A DNA stretch of 64,000 bases from Lama guanicoe (taxonomy: Eukaryota): assembly GCA_013239625.1 (NCBI GenBank), contig MU055458.1, forward strand, positions 356,972-420,971. Reading direction: 5' to 3'. The notes below the pieces were generated by a model. The model was not told the origin of the DNA, did not search any database, and saw only the letters and a list, made by a program, of their open reading frames with translations. The position numbers and the translations under genes are program-made. Below, piece after piece: positions 1 to 13,051 of this stretch; the first letter of the stretch is position 1, and every line of letters begins with the position of its first letter.

Positions 1-892
1 ATGGATGAGTTCCTGACCCTCCCATGATTCCCGTGCACAGGTTTTCCAAGAGAGCATCCATTTGGGGCTAGACTTTGAGACCTTGCACCTTCTGGTCTGT
101 TCCTTGCCTTTGACATCTGAGACATCTCAAATTCGGGTACAGAATACCAGATATCACCCCTTTACACAAGCCGACTCCGAGGCCACCCTCAGGACTCCTG
201 AAACTGGGGATCCAGCTCAGGGTGTGGCTGAACCCGTGAGGTCCCTGGAGGTGGCCTTGGCCGGGCAGACCTCCCAACTTTGCTTAACTTTCCAGCCCTG
301 GGGCTCAGGACACATTGCTTCCACTTCTAAACCGTCAGCTTTTTCTGTTAAACAAGGCGCCCGCGGCCACCTTGCGGATGTGTGAGGATTCGTGGTGGCA
401 CACCTGGCCCAGACCTGGTGCTGCTGCTGGGTTGCCTCCTGGAGATCTGAGCCCCCGACTCAGGCTGGCACCTGGGGGCCTCCCCCTCAGTGCATCTGGA
501 AGCCAGTGAGTCTCCAGGAGTGCTGTCTACTGGGCTGACCCAGGACTGGGGCAGGGGCGAGATTGACAGGCTCCCACAGAACCCCAGGCTCCAACAGAAG
601 CCCTCCCGCCAGGGCGCAGCCGCTAACTGGATGGGGGACCTCTTGATATAAAGAATTTTGGCCCACTTGGTGTAGCTGCCAGCCTGACGGTGGTAGGGAA
701 AACAGGAAAACCTCCCAGATCGACCAGCTATATCTCAGAAACGGAGCAGCCTCTCATTGCCTGTGGGTGGCCTGGGGTGACAGTGCCAGGCCGGACTGAC
801 GTCTGTCCGGAATGATGCTCTGGGTCTTCAGGAAACAGCTGGATTATGTTCCCAGTTCCCCATTTAAGAGAGAAAAACAGGTCTATTTTGTT

Positions 893-1395
893 CTTTTTTG
901 TACCATTTTGATGACATAATGTAACCGAAAACTAAACACTTCCAAGTAAATGGTTCAGTGGCACTTGATTCACGATGCTGTGCGCTCACTACCTCTTTTT
1001 AGCTCCCAGACATTTTCATCACCCACGAAGGAAACCCCGTACTCGCGAGGGTTCTACTTTCTGTCACTGCGGATGTGCCTGTTCTGGATGCTCCATGTAC
1101 ACGGGATCAGACAGCATGGGGTCTTTTGCCTTCTTGGCATAACGCTCTGGGGGTTCATCCTGTGGTGGCAGGTGTCCGTACTCCCGGCCTTTCTGAGACT
1201 AAACAATACTCGACTGTGTGGATAGACCACTTGGGTGTACTCATCAGATGATGGACATTGGAGTTGTTTCACCCTTCGGCTATTGTGAAATAGAGTGCTC
1301 TTTAAACTTGCTGATTTAGGTTTTGGTTTGAACTCCTGGGTTATATGCCTTGGAGGGAAATTGCTGGGTCGTAGGGTTATCAGGTTGGCCTTCTA
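893..1395 (-). mobile_element. Old L1 (L1MB-like) 3' fragment
   Basis: Antisense L1 3'UTR motifs (cattttcatcaccc...aaacccc; gatggacattggagttgtttcacc; gaaattgctgggtc). Confidence 0.7.
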
Positions 1396-1480
1396 AAAAC
1401 ATCTTCTCTTTGAAATGTGTTTGGAAAGTAAGTGAATAGGCAGGTCACACAGGAGGACAGGTGCAGTCAGGGTCCACCTG

Positions 1481-1620
1481 TTAGTCTCTTGGAGGCTCAG
1501 TTTCCCTGTCTGAAGAATGGGCGTCTGGAAGTTCCTGCCCCTAAGGGGATGGGGAGGTTCAGGGAGATGGTATGGGTGCCTGGGCCGGGGGCAGTGCTGG
1601 GCAAAGGTTGGCAGGTGTTT
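1481..1620 (+). mobile_element. MIR SINE fragment
   Basis: Core ctcagtttccctgtctgaagaatggg. Confidence 0.55.
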
Positions 1621-3324
1621 TGCAAAAATAACCATTAGCAACATCAAAATTTGAGGCTTTTCCACTGTTTGGGACACTGACTTCCCTGAAGCACCTCAGA
1701 CGTTCACTGACTGTACCCGAGCTTCTGCTGCACAACAGACAGGGCCTGATCCCCAGGACCCGTGGCCTGTCCCACGGATGGAGTCCCCTCCTAGAGCATA
1801 GGGCGGTGGGAGGAAGGCTCAAACTGAGGATGAGTGTGGAGTCCAGAACCAGCTCTGTCCCGTGGAGCCCGTGGGCTCTTCTGTGACCTCCATCCCAGCC
1901 CAGTTTTCAGGGGCGACGCCTCCCTGGCTGGACCCCCCAAGGATATGAGCCACGATCAGGAAGAGTCCCCAGCACTGTGCCATCACTGCCACGGTGCTGC
2001 TGGCCTGGGACCCAGGGTGGGAGTGGGGCTAGAGGCGGGCAGGTGCCCAGGCGGGGCCTCTGTAGATAAGATGCGCTGGGGGCTCCGGGCCTGCCTCACT
2101 GCCGCTGGCCGAGCCACCAGAAGGAGGCTGGTGTTTGATCAGCTTTTACTTTTGTAAACAAATGTGGCCCAGCGTTTGCTGGAGGTGTAAACAGAAACTG
2201 GAGACCACCCTGCCGCTGGGGTCTTTCTGCGTGACTGAGTTCCTGCCCACCCACCCAAGTTCCAGGGCCCCGTCTCTCGTTCCGTTCTCTTGACCCGTGT
2301 GTGTGCTGATCGGTGAACTGCTCCCCTGGTCCTACCTGTTGTCCCCATCTGTTCTGGGCAGGGAGGACTGAGAGTGTGACCTTTGCTCCTCCAGAGGGCC
2401 TGCTCCAGCCTCAGCCTGGGGCACACTGGCCAGAGGGTTGGACAGGAGCTGGGATCTGGGACAGGAACTGGGGATCCTCCATGCATGTCGGGTCCAGGAG
2501 CCCCACCCCACTCCCCCAACCCAGCTTGGCTGCTCCCTGGAGACCAGTCGCCAGCAGTCCGGGCTCCATTCTGCACACATTTCCTGAGAGCTCTGCAGCA
2601 GGGGTCCTGCAGGGTGGGGCAGAGGCCTCAGAGGGGGCCTGGCTCCCTGATAGGCAGAAGTGGGACTGGGGAATGGGGTGTCAAGGTCGCTGGGGTCCCC
2701 TTGAGGAGCCGGCAGGACTTAGGCTGGTCTGGGGGCAGTTGGTGTTTTCCAGGCAGGTATGGTGTGGGTGTACGTGGGCTGCAGGCTCATGCTGTGCAGT
2801 CACTGGGTGTGATCTGTGATGGGCCAGGTCCTCCTCTGACCTCAGAAAACCGGCCAGCAGGAGTTGTCAGCCTGGGTCAGGAAGGTGCAGGTGGACAGAG
2901 AAGAGGCCTCAGAAAGGGATGCTGTGCAAACTCTGTAAGAAGAGGGAGTGGCTCAGACTGGCGTGTGGCCGCCGGCAACAGTGACTGTGCCAGTTTGACT
3001 GGTGGGACAGCGTGATGGTTGGTTGAGGCTGCCTTTCCAGGGAATACCAAGGCTTCCCTTGATTGTCTATTATTAAACAGATACACGGGTTGGGAGATGT
3101 AAGGCCTGGGTGCCCATCAGCCAGCCCTGTCTCGCAGCTCAGGGAGCACACCCTTGGAAGTTTCGATTCTCTGCCTATTTTGTTTCTGCTTATTTGGGAC
3201 GTGACTGCACAGGGACTGTTAGAGATTAAGAGGGGAGCCCCCTCGTCCCTCCCCCGATCCCCTCCCCTGCACAGCCACCCAGCATGGCCAGCGGGAGGGA
3301 GGAGCCTCCAGAATGTGTGTGTGT

Positions 3325-3905
3325 TTGGTTCTGTATACGTAACATAAAATGGACCATTTTTATCCTTGTAAGTGTGCAGTGCAGTGGCATTAACCACATT
3401 CACATTGTTGTGCAACCATCCCCACCATCCATCTCCGGATCTCCTTTCATCTTCCCAAACCCAAACTCTGTCCCCGTTAATCAGTAGCTCCATTCCCTCC
3501 CAGCCCCAGCCCCCCGGAGCCCCTGTCCCACTTGCTGTGTCTGTGAATTTGCCTGCTCTGGGGACCCCATCTCAGTGCAGTGCTGGAGTGCATCTGCCCT
3601 TCTGTCACTGGCCCGGCTCACTGAGCACAGCGTCCTCGAGGTTCCTCCGTGGTCTGGCACGTGTTGGAGTGTCCTCCCTTTCTAAAGCTGAGTGATATTC
3701 TGCTGGACGGATAGACTGGCCCATTCATCCATCAATGGATGCGTGGGTTGCTGCCATCATTTGGTTGTTGTGAGTAATGCTGCTGTGAACGTTGGCGTGC
3801 AAATAACTCTTCCGGTCCCTGCTTTCAGTTTCCTTGAATGCATGCCCAGAAGTGGGATTGCTGGATCGTGTAGTCATTCTCAGTTTAATTTTTTGAAGGA
3901 TTGTT
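3325..3905 (-). mobile_element. Old L1 (L1MB-like) 3' fragment
   Basis: cagtggcattaaccacattcacattgttgtgcaaccatc...; gtgagtaatgctgctgtgaac; cccagaagtgggattgctggatc. Confidence 0.75.
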
Positions 3906-5940
3906 TTCTAAACCAGCGTTGGCCTTGAGGTGTAAGAATGGGCGTGACCTGGGCACTGACTGGGACACCCCCCCACCGCCGCCCCGGGACTTAACTCCTC
4001 CTACTTTTTCAGCTGGGGGCTGCCTTTCTTTTTGCACCAGAGATTAGACTTTAGATTTGCAGACTGCCGGGCTTGGGGCCTTTGAGTCAGCTTGCCTGGA
4101 GAGGAGGAGGCTTCGGACTTCATTGTGCAGTCCCTTCTCCACACTGAGCCGGGGGCCATGAATCAGTCCACGCTCCTGCTCCCCTCTCTTCTGGTGAGCG
4201 GTTCAGTGGAGCTGCCCTCCTCTCCCTGAGCCTCCAGAGGCTGTCGGATCCCAGGCCCACACCCCCTGCTCTCCCATGTTTGGCTTCAGCTTAGGGGAGA
4301 GCTTGGCAGGGAGCGCCCAGCTGCTGCAGCCACCAGGTCCCCAGTCCTTCTTGGGGTGGCTGGGCCCGGAGCAGTCTTCCCCGTGGCTGTTCCTGGCCTC
4401 TCTCTGCTTGGCTTTGGTTCTGGGGAGACAGCAGCTTTCAAAAATCCCCTAATAATGCGCCTTATGCTCAAGAGGAGGGAGCCCCGCCTTGTGGGGGGAC
4501 CTCAGGTGTGAAAACCACGCTGTGAGAGGAAGGCGGGTCCCTGTGCCCCAGTTAGAAGGTGAGTAGGTAGGGCGCAGGCTCTCCTCTCGCCCACCACGCT
4601 GGCATTGGGACAGCCTAGGGGAATCAGCAAAATGTGGGGGTCGAGTCCAGATCAGCTGGACAGTGACTGGCCTGAGCCCCCAGGTAGATGCAGGGGGGGT
4701 GACCGGCTGGCCAGAACCCAGACGTTAAAGCGTCAGTTCCTCAGACGTCGGTTTGGGGAGATGTGTGCAGGCTGGGAAGACAGCTGGGTTTTAGTTGCCG
4801 GGGAGCCTCGTAATTACCCCCCAGAGCCTGGCTGCCAACCTGGTCCCTCAGTCTCACCTGGTGTAGGTGAAGAAGCATCCACGTCGGAGCCGATGGTTCC
4901 TTCGACACTGACCGGCAGACCCGCACCAGTGACTTGATTTTGTACCAGGTTTTATCCTGGGTGTTGCTGAATCATCTCGTGACTTCACAAACGTGAGTTC
5001 TTGCAAATCCTCCGGGGTGAGCCCTGGGGCTCTGAGCTCAACCTTGAGGTCCTCACTGAGGGCTTCCTGGGTGTTGATTTAACCTTGGACGTGAGCTCAG
5101 TGTAGTCACAGGCCTGGAAATCAGGTGGCGTGCTCAGATAAGAGGGTGGGTGTTCTTCCAGGAGATGAAGAATATGTTGATTTTTCTAAGATTGCTGTTT
5201 TGAAAAACAGTTCAAAGATTCTTAGGACATGGGGACGCTGATGATTCTGAGCTAATGTAAAAGCCAGGTGCAGAGGCGGGGTTGGGCGGGAGGCAGAGGA
5301 TGGGAGCTGCTGAAGGAGGTGGGGAGGGGAGGGCACAGCCACCACCCTGAGGAGCGACAGTGACGTTTTAGAGCTGAGGGGGCCTCTATCCATGGTCCAG
5401 TTCACAGGCCCAATTTTAAGTCAGGAAACCCGAGACATGGATGGCTCACTGACCTGCACCATCTCAGGGGTGCGGCCACCTGGCAGGACCAGAGCCTCTT
5501 GCTTCAGAGAAGTTCCCACCCCAGCTTAAAGCTGGCCCACCTGGAGGGCAAGTCCTAGGTTGCAGGACTAGAGCAAAGAGCTTGGTGACCTAGGGGGACC
5601 ACTCAGGTTCACGGGAGCAAGGCCACGACAGCTGAGGCCTTCTGCCCTTGCGCCTGCCCCCCGCCTGCCCTGGGAAACAGCTCCAGTGGTTGGCAAGTTT
5701 CGAATAGGGGTTGCAGTGACTTAGGACAAGAAGGCCTCTGTGTTGGTTTTATTCAAAAAAGAAAAATCTGTGATTCCCCCAAAGAAAGTGGAAGCTGAAA
5801 TCAGAGTCATTTTGGGGGCGGGGTGGGGGATTAGGGGTCTGCGTTAACAGGGTTTTGTGTTTTCTAATACAATCGAACCCTCCACAGCTGTCTTCAGGGA
5901 TGCTGGGTGAGAACTAGTTAAGTGCCTTTGAAAATTCATG

Positions 5941-6069
5941 GGAGGAGGAGGCAGAACTTGGGTACAGTGCCAGAGTGTGTGCTTAGCATGCATGAGGTCC
6001 TGGGTTCAACCCCCAGTACCACCATTAAATAAACAAACCTGATTACCCCCCCCAAAAAAAACCCCCAAA
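5941..6069 (+). mobile_element. tRNA-derived SINE (camelid Vic-1-like)
   Basis: gtgcttagcatgcatgaggtcctgggttcaacccccagtacc (B box) plus A/C-rich tail; same core at 60797 and, reversed, at 62030. Confidence 0.8.
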
Positions 6070-6339
6070 GCCCAAGGTCCAGGGCATCTGAGCAGTGATA
6101 ACCCAAAACAGTGATCCTGGTACCTGCAGCCCCTTCAGTGGCCCATGGATTAAGGGTCCACAAGATTGAGAGGTACCAGGGTGCCTCCGCAGCTTGCTGA
6201 AGGAACCCACCCAGCTCTCAGGGTCCTCCACCTGGTCTGCTACCCTCCTGTGGACATACCTGTATGCAGTCGGCACCTGTATGCAGGCACCAGGGACACG
6301 GGGTAGTGGTGGAGTCAGCCAGCACGTGTCCATCCTGGT

Positions 6340-6522
6340 GGAGGTAGTTCCTTGAGTCTGTGCCCCGGCTGCTTTCTGGAATCCCCGAGGAATCCTTAAT
6401 GGTCACTAAGACCCAGGCTATTCCAGGCATCTTGATTCAGTTGGTCTGTCTTGGGCCCGCCTGTTATGTTTTCAAAGCTCCCCAGGTGACACTGATGTGT
6501 CACCAGGGCTCAGGACACCTGT
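6340..6522. mobile_element. hAT-Charlie MITE (MER5-like) remnant
   Basis: tgattcagttggtctg...ttcaaagctccccaggtgacactgatg. Confidence 0.5.
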
Positions 6523-7530
6523 TAGAAGTCACAGGTCTAGCTGGGACATGGGGGTGGAGAAACTGGGGTGAGGCACAGGCGTGCAGGGGACTGGGACTTT
6601 GGCCGTCTGTGGACACCCAGGCTTGGCGGTCGGTCTTAGCCTGCAGTGAGCAACCAGCCACCCCAGCTGCCACTCCTCTCAGCTGCCCACGTGGAAAGAG
6701 CTGAAAACAGTCGCCTATCTACAGTCCGGGGGCCCAAGAGTGGCCCTGTGCCAGGCCCTGTGCCCACCTGGCCTGGGTGTGTTTGGTGGTGGAGGTGGTT
6801 GTAAACTGGGGGCTGACTGCCTGGGAGGCCACGTGTGCTGTGGCCTGGGCTGCTTGCAGCTGAGTCATAGTGAAGTGACTTAACCCAACTGGAATTACCT
6901 CTCAGAAATTCCACAGCAGAGAGGGTGCCCTTTGGAAGGAGTTGAGAAGTGGCCCTCATGTGAGACTTGGAACGGGCTGGGCCCTCGTAGGCTGTTGGCC
7001 CAGTGAGGGGTCCCCTAGATTAGAACAATTCTGAGAACAGAGCGACAGAAGGGCCAAGGGCTTGGAGTTAGCCTGGGAGGCGGGGTGACCGCCTTCAGGT
7101 GCCTGCAGGAGGAAGGTTTTCGCTCTGTAACTAGATGGTCCCAAATAGCAGGGAGCCTGTTGCAGGATAAGCCACTCTGCTCAGAGGGACACCTGGCTGG
7201 GAGGGGCCCTGCGGCCTGTTCCTGGCCCTACACCTGGGTCAGCAGGATCAGGTCAGATTCCATGGACAGGGATTAAAGGATGTCCCTGACATCTAGACAC
7301 TAGCATTGGGGGGCCGCCTTTCAGGCCCCGCTGCCCCAGATAGTGCTCAAAGCCCGGACTTGTGTTGCTGGGGGAGCGAGTCGCTGGTCCACCCCACCTC
7401 GCCCTGCCGCCTTTGGCTAGTCAGTTGTGAGGTCAGTCTACCTGAGGTCCCTGTTTGACACCTGCAAGTGACAGGTAGGGTACGGCCCCTCTCCCCGTCT
7501 CTAACCCCGGCTGCCTCTCTGTACACACAG

Positions 7531-7697
7531 ATGCATCATTCGGAACGCCGCCGGGGTACGGCTGTGCCGCGGACCTGGCTGAGGAGCAGCGCCGGCACCA
7601 GGACGGGCTGCCCTACATCGACGACTCGCCCTCCTCCTCGCCCCACCTGGGCAGCAAGGGCAGGGGCAGCCGGGACGCACCAGAGGCCACCAAAGCG
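7531..7697 (+). CDS. BCR: BCR exon 2 (167 nt, phase 1->0): (D)ASFGTPPGYGCAADLAEEQRRHQDGLPYIDDSPSSSPHLGSKGRGSRDAPEATKA
   Basis: acacag|ATGCA...AAAGCG|gtgagt; peptide matches BCR exon 2. Confidence 0.95.
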
Positions 7698-10589
7698 GTG
7701 AGTCCCCAGGTGGGAGGGCCCGGTGTGAATGGGACTAGGCTGGGCTGCAGACCCGCCGTCCTCACGAGCAGGTAGCAAGCAGGTAATGGGGCCGTCAGTG
7801 GTCGGAAGTCGGAGTCACTAAAACCCCTCAGCCCTGCATCTGGTGCACGGAGACCACCTGCTGGGTACCAGGCAGGGAGGTGATGGAGCTGCCAGCCAAG
7901 GGTGGAGGAGGCAGGCAGCCCATGCTGAGGCTGAGAACTTGGCTGCTGTCTAAAGCAGCGGGACCTGGGGTGGTGGCCCCAGCAGGGTCTGAGTGCACAG
8001 TGTCCAGGCTTCTGTCCCCAGACCCCACACGGTACCCTTGCCCCTTTTACCCAAGGACACGCTGTGTGACTGTGTTTGCTGGTCACAGTGACCTGCCAGG
8101 CCCGGTCGCCAGGGCACCAGCGAGGGGCAGCCCTGGAGTCCAGCACTGGGCCTCAGCAGGGAGGGGCAGACGCAACCCCACCCACACCTTCTCTCAGCTC
8201 CGTGGTGGGGCTGGTCGGCCTCCAGCAGGGGGCCTGTCATGGACACATGAGGCCCAGAAGGCCTGTGCGCCCAGGATCAGCAGAAGTGGCCTTGGCTGGT
8301 GGGGCCCACGACACAGTGAGTATTTTTGTTTTGTGAGTGTTTTTTTTTCAGGAGGGAGCCAAAATAAATGCATATACTCATTCAGTGGGTCACTCCTACT
8401 CAGAAGTCAGTTTTACGTCTTTACAAAGGAACTAAAAGGTGGCTCCAGAGTGACGACAACGGACCTGCCTTATGATTTTGCCACTTTCCTCCCCATGCTC
8501 AGTGCACCTGGTCAGCAATTGTGTCCGTGGGACAGAAATGATAACTCTTGACTCATGTTTTTAACCAGTTGTTCAGGGGCCCCCAGGAGGCCTGCAGCAG
8601 GCTCAGCTCAGCCACGTTCCCTGGTTCTGGGGTCCAGACTTAAATGGGGGTCATGGATGTTCTCACCCGTCCTCCTTGCAAAGCTGCAACACCTCGGGGT
8701 TTGGTGCCTTGGCCGGTTCTCTTCTCCCCAGAACCTGCGGAGTGGGCCCAGGAATCATCCTGCCTGCCCTGAGTGCGAGGGTCACTCTGCGTGGAGGACT
8801 CGGACTGCAGGAGCCCCCTCGCACGTGGCGCTGGCCCTGCCCAGAGAAGGAGGGAGGGGTCTGTTGTCCAGCAGGTGTGCTGGCCGCCACCTCCCAGCCA
8901 GGAGCACCCCACCTCTCACAGCCCCAGGTTCTGCACCTCCCGATCACCCCAGGGTGGGGGTGGGGGTGAGAGGTGCCCCTAGAGCTCTGCCCATCCCACC
9001 CTCAGCGCCTGTTCACCTGGGTGCCTCCCTTGGCTTTCCTGCTTTGTCATCACACCCAGTTCTGTTTTTATCCATCCTTTTAGCTGCAGAATTTGTGTTC
9101 CTCCCTCCCCCATCCTCCCGGGCAGCAGTGGCCGGTGGCCATCCTTTCTTCTTTTCCACTTGCCCTTTTCCTGCGCTTCCTCCCCATATCCTCCGCCATC
9201 CTGGACGGATGGATTCACGTGCCCTCTCCAGACCTGGCACGTGCGGGGTCACCAGGGGCGCTGGTCCCGTCCGGCCCTGACTCTCTCTTCTACACTCACC
9301 CTCCACCGTCTCTCCTGCCGAGGGGGTTGGCTGGTGTCCGAGCCGCCCCTGTCTGATGCTACTGGCCTGCTCAGGGCTCAGGAGGAGAGGTGCCCGGGCC
9401 CCTGCTCAGACGTTCCCTTGAGCTGGCTGTGCCCTTCGGAACGAGCGCTGGACTCGGCGCCGTCCTGCCTGTGCTGTTTCCTCCCGGCTCTCCAAACCGC
9501 GGGGGTGGGAACCAGACGGCATCTTGTGCCCAGCGGGGCTCCCCCGCCAAGCTCACAGGAGAGGGATTGTTCCTAAGCACACAAGCCTGCACCCCGTCCC
9601 TCACTCGGGCGGGAAGGGTGCCCAGACAGGATGGGAGGTGCGTGCAGGGTCAGCTGAGAGCTGCTTCCCCGAGGCAACGTGGCCTCTGTGGTCTGAGATG
9701 AGAGAAGGGGACAGGGTCCCCTGACGCTGCACGTCTGTGCTGACACTGGTGGCGCCAGGGGCCCCAGAGCAGGCTGCCTGGACGGTCCTGGATCCTGGGA
9801 CCTGCCTGTCTCACAGACGAGGGTTCCCCGGAGGGGCCCTAAGATGCAGCCCAGCTAGGGCCCAGCCAGGAGTTCTGGACCCCCTCATTGGTTCGTTTAT
9901 TCCATGAATCTTAGCGGAGCACCTGTGTGTGTTCCAGGTGTGGTGCGGGGCGCAGGGAGCTTCAGGATCAGCACAGCGAGCCCCAGGCACCGCCCCCAAG
10001 TGGAGCTGCTGGGCAGTGTGGCCTCAGGGGGCGTTTTGGTGTGGGTCGCAGGTGTCCTTTCCCTGGAGTGGCTCTAAGCCACAGTGGCTGCCCCCTGTGC
10101 ATGCACACACTCAAGCACGTACACACACGTACATACAAGCACACACATGCTTACACTTGGCTCGTGCACGCCGAGAGTCCCAGAGTAGAGTGGTGGTCCA
10201 GGAAACCTTTTTGGTTGGTCCCAGTGGGCAGCCAGGATGTGGTAAGCCCTGGGGATGCAGGAAGCAGAAGCAGGGTGGACGTGGGGATTGGGCCCCCTTC
10301 CCCAGGTGCCCCCACCACCTCCATGGGCAGCCAAGGCTCAGGACAGGATGGCAGTTGTCTGAGATGGTGGGGCTCGCTGGGCGGGCCTGGCGTGGCGGCC
10401 TCACTCCCCCGACCCTTGGCCCCAAGTGCTTCCTGCTGAGCTTGCTGTCTGTCCCTGTTTGCTAAGTGCCTCCCTCCCGCCAGGCCAGGTTGGAGGAAAG
10501 ACCAGCAGGGTTGGGGACACAGAGGGGCTGTGCTGGGGGTCCGGTTCCAGACTCTGTGGTGACACCATGAGCCCTGAGCTGGCCTCAGC

Positions 10590-10810
10590 CAGGTTGTCAC
10601 CTGGGGGTGCTTTGGCCCCCACGGGGTGACGCCCCCATAGGGCAACATCTGTAGACACCTGCCGCTGTCCCAGCCGGGGGTGAGGGTCTTGCTGCTGGTG
10701 TCTGGTGGGCAGAGGCAGGAAATGCCACTCAACATGCCACAGAGCACATCGTGGCCCCCCAGCACCCAAAAGAGTCCTGCAGCCCCAGACATCAGCGGTG
10801 CTGAGGGCCG
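10590..10810 (+). mobile_element. MER20 DNA transposon remnant
   Basis: ggcaacatctgtagaca...tctggtgggcagaggc...aacatgccacagagcaca...gtgctgagg resembles MER20. Confidence 0.6.
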
Positions 10811-11039
10811 CCACGGTGGGGCTGTCCCATCGTCACCTGTGGAGAATGGGCAGGCTGTTATGACCCCTTCTCTGCACATAGGGCCCCACCTGCCTGGCGC
10901 CTCCCTCAGACACAGGCTGGGCAGAGGGAGGGCAGCCTCAGCCCCATGGAGCACGGGGTTGCCTCGCCAGGGGTCTGGGTCAAGTGGACTGGGGGCCAGG
11001 AAGTCGATGAAAATGGCAGTTTCGTCACCTTTGCCCAGT

Positions 11040-11640
11040 CATGGTTTCCCAGGCGTCTGTAACAGTGTGCCATGGAGAGGGCATTAAACAACACAGATTG
11101 AGCTCTCCCGGTGTTGGAGGCTGGACGTCCAAGATCTAGATGTCTGCAGGGTTGGTTTCTCTTGAGGCTTCTCTCCTTGGTGCCCGTCCTTTCCCTGTGT
11201 CTTCCCCTACGCGTGTCTGTGTCCTAATCTCCTCTTCTTTTTTATGTTGAGATACTGACTTATAACATTACATTAGTCTCGGGTGGACAAACGATGATTC
11301 AATATATGTACACATTGAAAAATGATCACTAAGTGTAAGTCTAGTTAATATCCAACTCCATGATAGTTACAAAATTTTTATCTTGTGATGAGAACACTTA
11401 AGATCTACTCTCCTAGCAGCTTTCATTTATACGATGCAGCGTTATGAGCTGTCGTCACCAGCTGTACAGGATGTCCCAGGACTGACTTGCTCTATAACTG
11501 GACGTTTGTACCTAATCTTTTCTTAGCAGGACACCAGACACGTTGGACTAGGGTCCACTCTAATGATTTCGTTTTAACATAATTACTTGTCTAAAGATCC
11601 TGTCTCTGAGTACAGTGACGTCCTGAGGCACCAGGGACAC
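11040..11640 (-). mobile_element. MLT1A-like MaLR LTR interrupted by an L1 3' end
   Basis: ggaggctggacgtccaagatc...gtgtcctaatctcctctt and aggacaccagacacgttggactagggtccactc halves flank the L1 piece. Confidence 0.7.
11240..11510 (-). mobile_element. 5'-truncated L1 (L1MA-like) 3' end with TSD cctaatct..ttctt
   Basis: poly-T then tataacattacattagt...gtgatgagaacacttaagatctactctc; flanking direct repeats 11223-11239 and 11511-11524. Confidence 0.7.
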
Positions 11641-12417
11641 ACTGCACCGGTAACACCATCACACCTGGGGGGAGGGCAGTCTTCCGGCCATGTGGACTCT
11701 ACCCCCTGCACCTGCACCCAGTGACTCATCGGCTCTGGGTTTGGAGACAAAGTCAGCAGAGCGTCACCTGACACGCTGTAGTAGGGGTGTTTGGTAGTAG
11801 GTAGGGGGGCCCTTTGCATAGCCCAGTGGTAAGGGGGTCTCTGCCAACAAAGTCCGAGTCTGCAGATGGGCTCAGTAGAGCAGGTTCAGTGGACAGAGGC
11901 CCTGAGCCCAGGGCACCAGGTTCCCCTGGGCAGGTGGCAGCACCCTAGCTCCACCCCTGTGGCTGGGAAGGAGGAGGATGTGTGGAGGGAGGCGGTACTG
12001 CCCGACCGGTCAGTCCAAGGGTCAGACGGCCACGGTGCAGAAGCCGGCAAAGCCGGAACCAGGCGAGGAGGGGCAGCGGCGGAGGGAGTCAGGGTGGCTG
12101 GGAGGCGGCCTGACGCCCCCTGGGCTCAGCTTCCTCCAGGGTAGCTGCTCCTTGGTCACAGGCAGAAGGTGCGGAGACAGGCTTTGCCCCACCTGCCCAC
12201 TTCTCAGTGTCAAGACCAAGGGTGGCCCTCGGCTCTGCCAGATGACCCTCCAGAATTTGCAGTGACCGCAAACAAGGGGCTCCCTTGCCTCCTCTTAATC
12301 CCACCTGGAACCTTCTTGGGAGGCTGGTCCTCAGGTTGACATGCCGGCTTCCCCTCTGAGGGGGCCACCCCAGGCACCGTCCACGGATGATCTGACATGT
12401 GCCTGTTTCTCCTGCAG

Positions 12418-12522
12418 ACTGAGCTGGACCTGGAAAAGGGCTTGGAGATGAGGAAATGGGTCCTGTCCGGAATCCTGGCTAGTGAGGAGACGTACCTGAG
12501 CCACCTGGAGGCACTGCTGCTG
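12418..12522 (+). CDS. BCR: BCR exon 3 (105 nt): TELDLEKGLEMRKWVLSGILASEETYLSHLEALLL, start of DH domain
   Basis: ctgcag|ACT...CTG|gtgagg. Confidence 0.97.
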
Positions 12523-12865
12523 GTGAGGAGGGTGCAGGGGCTGAGCCGGGCGGGCGGGGCCCCGAGAGCGCTGCGCACACTCCCAGCTTACGGGTCACAG
12601 GTCACGGCCCGGGAGTCCTCGACACACCTGTGGGGGGTGGGGGTCAAAACATTCCACCTCCGTAGGGGTTGGACCTCCCTGGGTGGGTCGGGGGATGGGG
12701 GGGTGCCAGCATAAGACTCAGTGCCAACCAAGCTGGCTTTCAATTTTTGTTGTTAATAGAATTTTAAATTAAAAGCTTGTATGTCATGTGACCACAATGC
12801 ACCTGACAAAACAGCGAGCCCGCTCACCCGTGCCCCCTCCACCCGTCACCCGTACCCTCTTCCAG

Positions 12866-13051
12866 CCCATGAAGCCTTTGAAGGCCGCCGCCACCACCTC
12901 TCAGCCGGTGCTGACGAGCCAGCAGATCGAGACCATCTTCTTCAAAGTGCCCGAGCTCTACGAGGTCCACAAGGACTTCTATGATGGGCTCCTCCCCCGC
13001 GTGCAGCAGTGGGGCCGCCAGCAGTGCGTGGGTGACCTCTTCCAGAAGCTG
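12866..13051 (+). CDS. BCR: BCR exon 4 (186 nt): [13 protein letters not shown]...VGDLFQKL (DH)
   Basis: ttccag|CCC...CTG|gtgagt. Confidence 0.97.

Noticed and set aside
5150-5255. AT-rich segment with ttccag acceptor-like site and TGATGA...CTGA boxes (exon or C/D snoRNA?)
   Set aside because: Reading frames close quickly, no matching donor, and the C and D boxes are only a few nt apart
8362-8367. AATAAA in intron 2 as an intronic poly(A) site
   Set aside because: A lone hexamer with no clear downstream GU-rich element; common by chance
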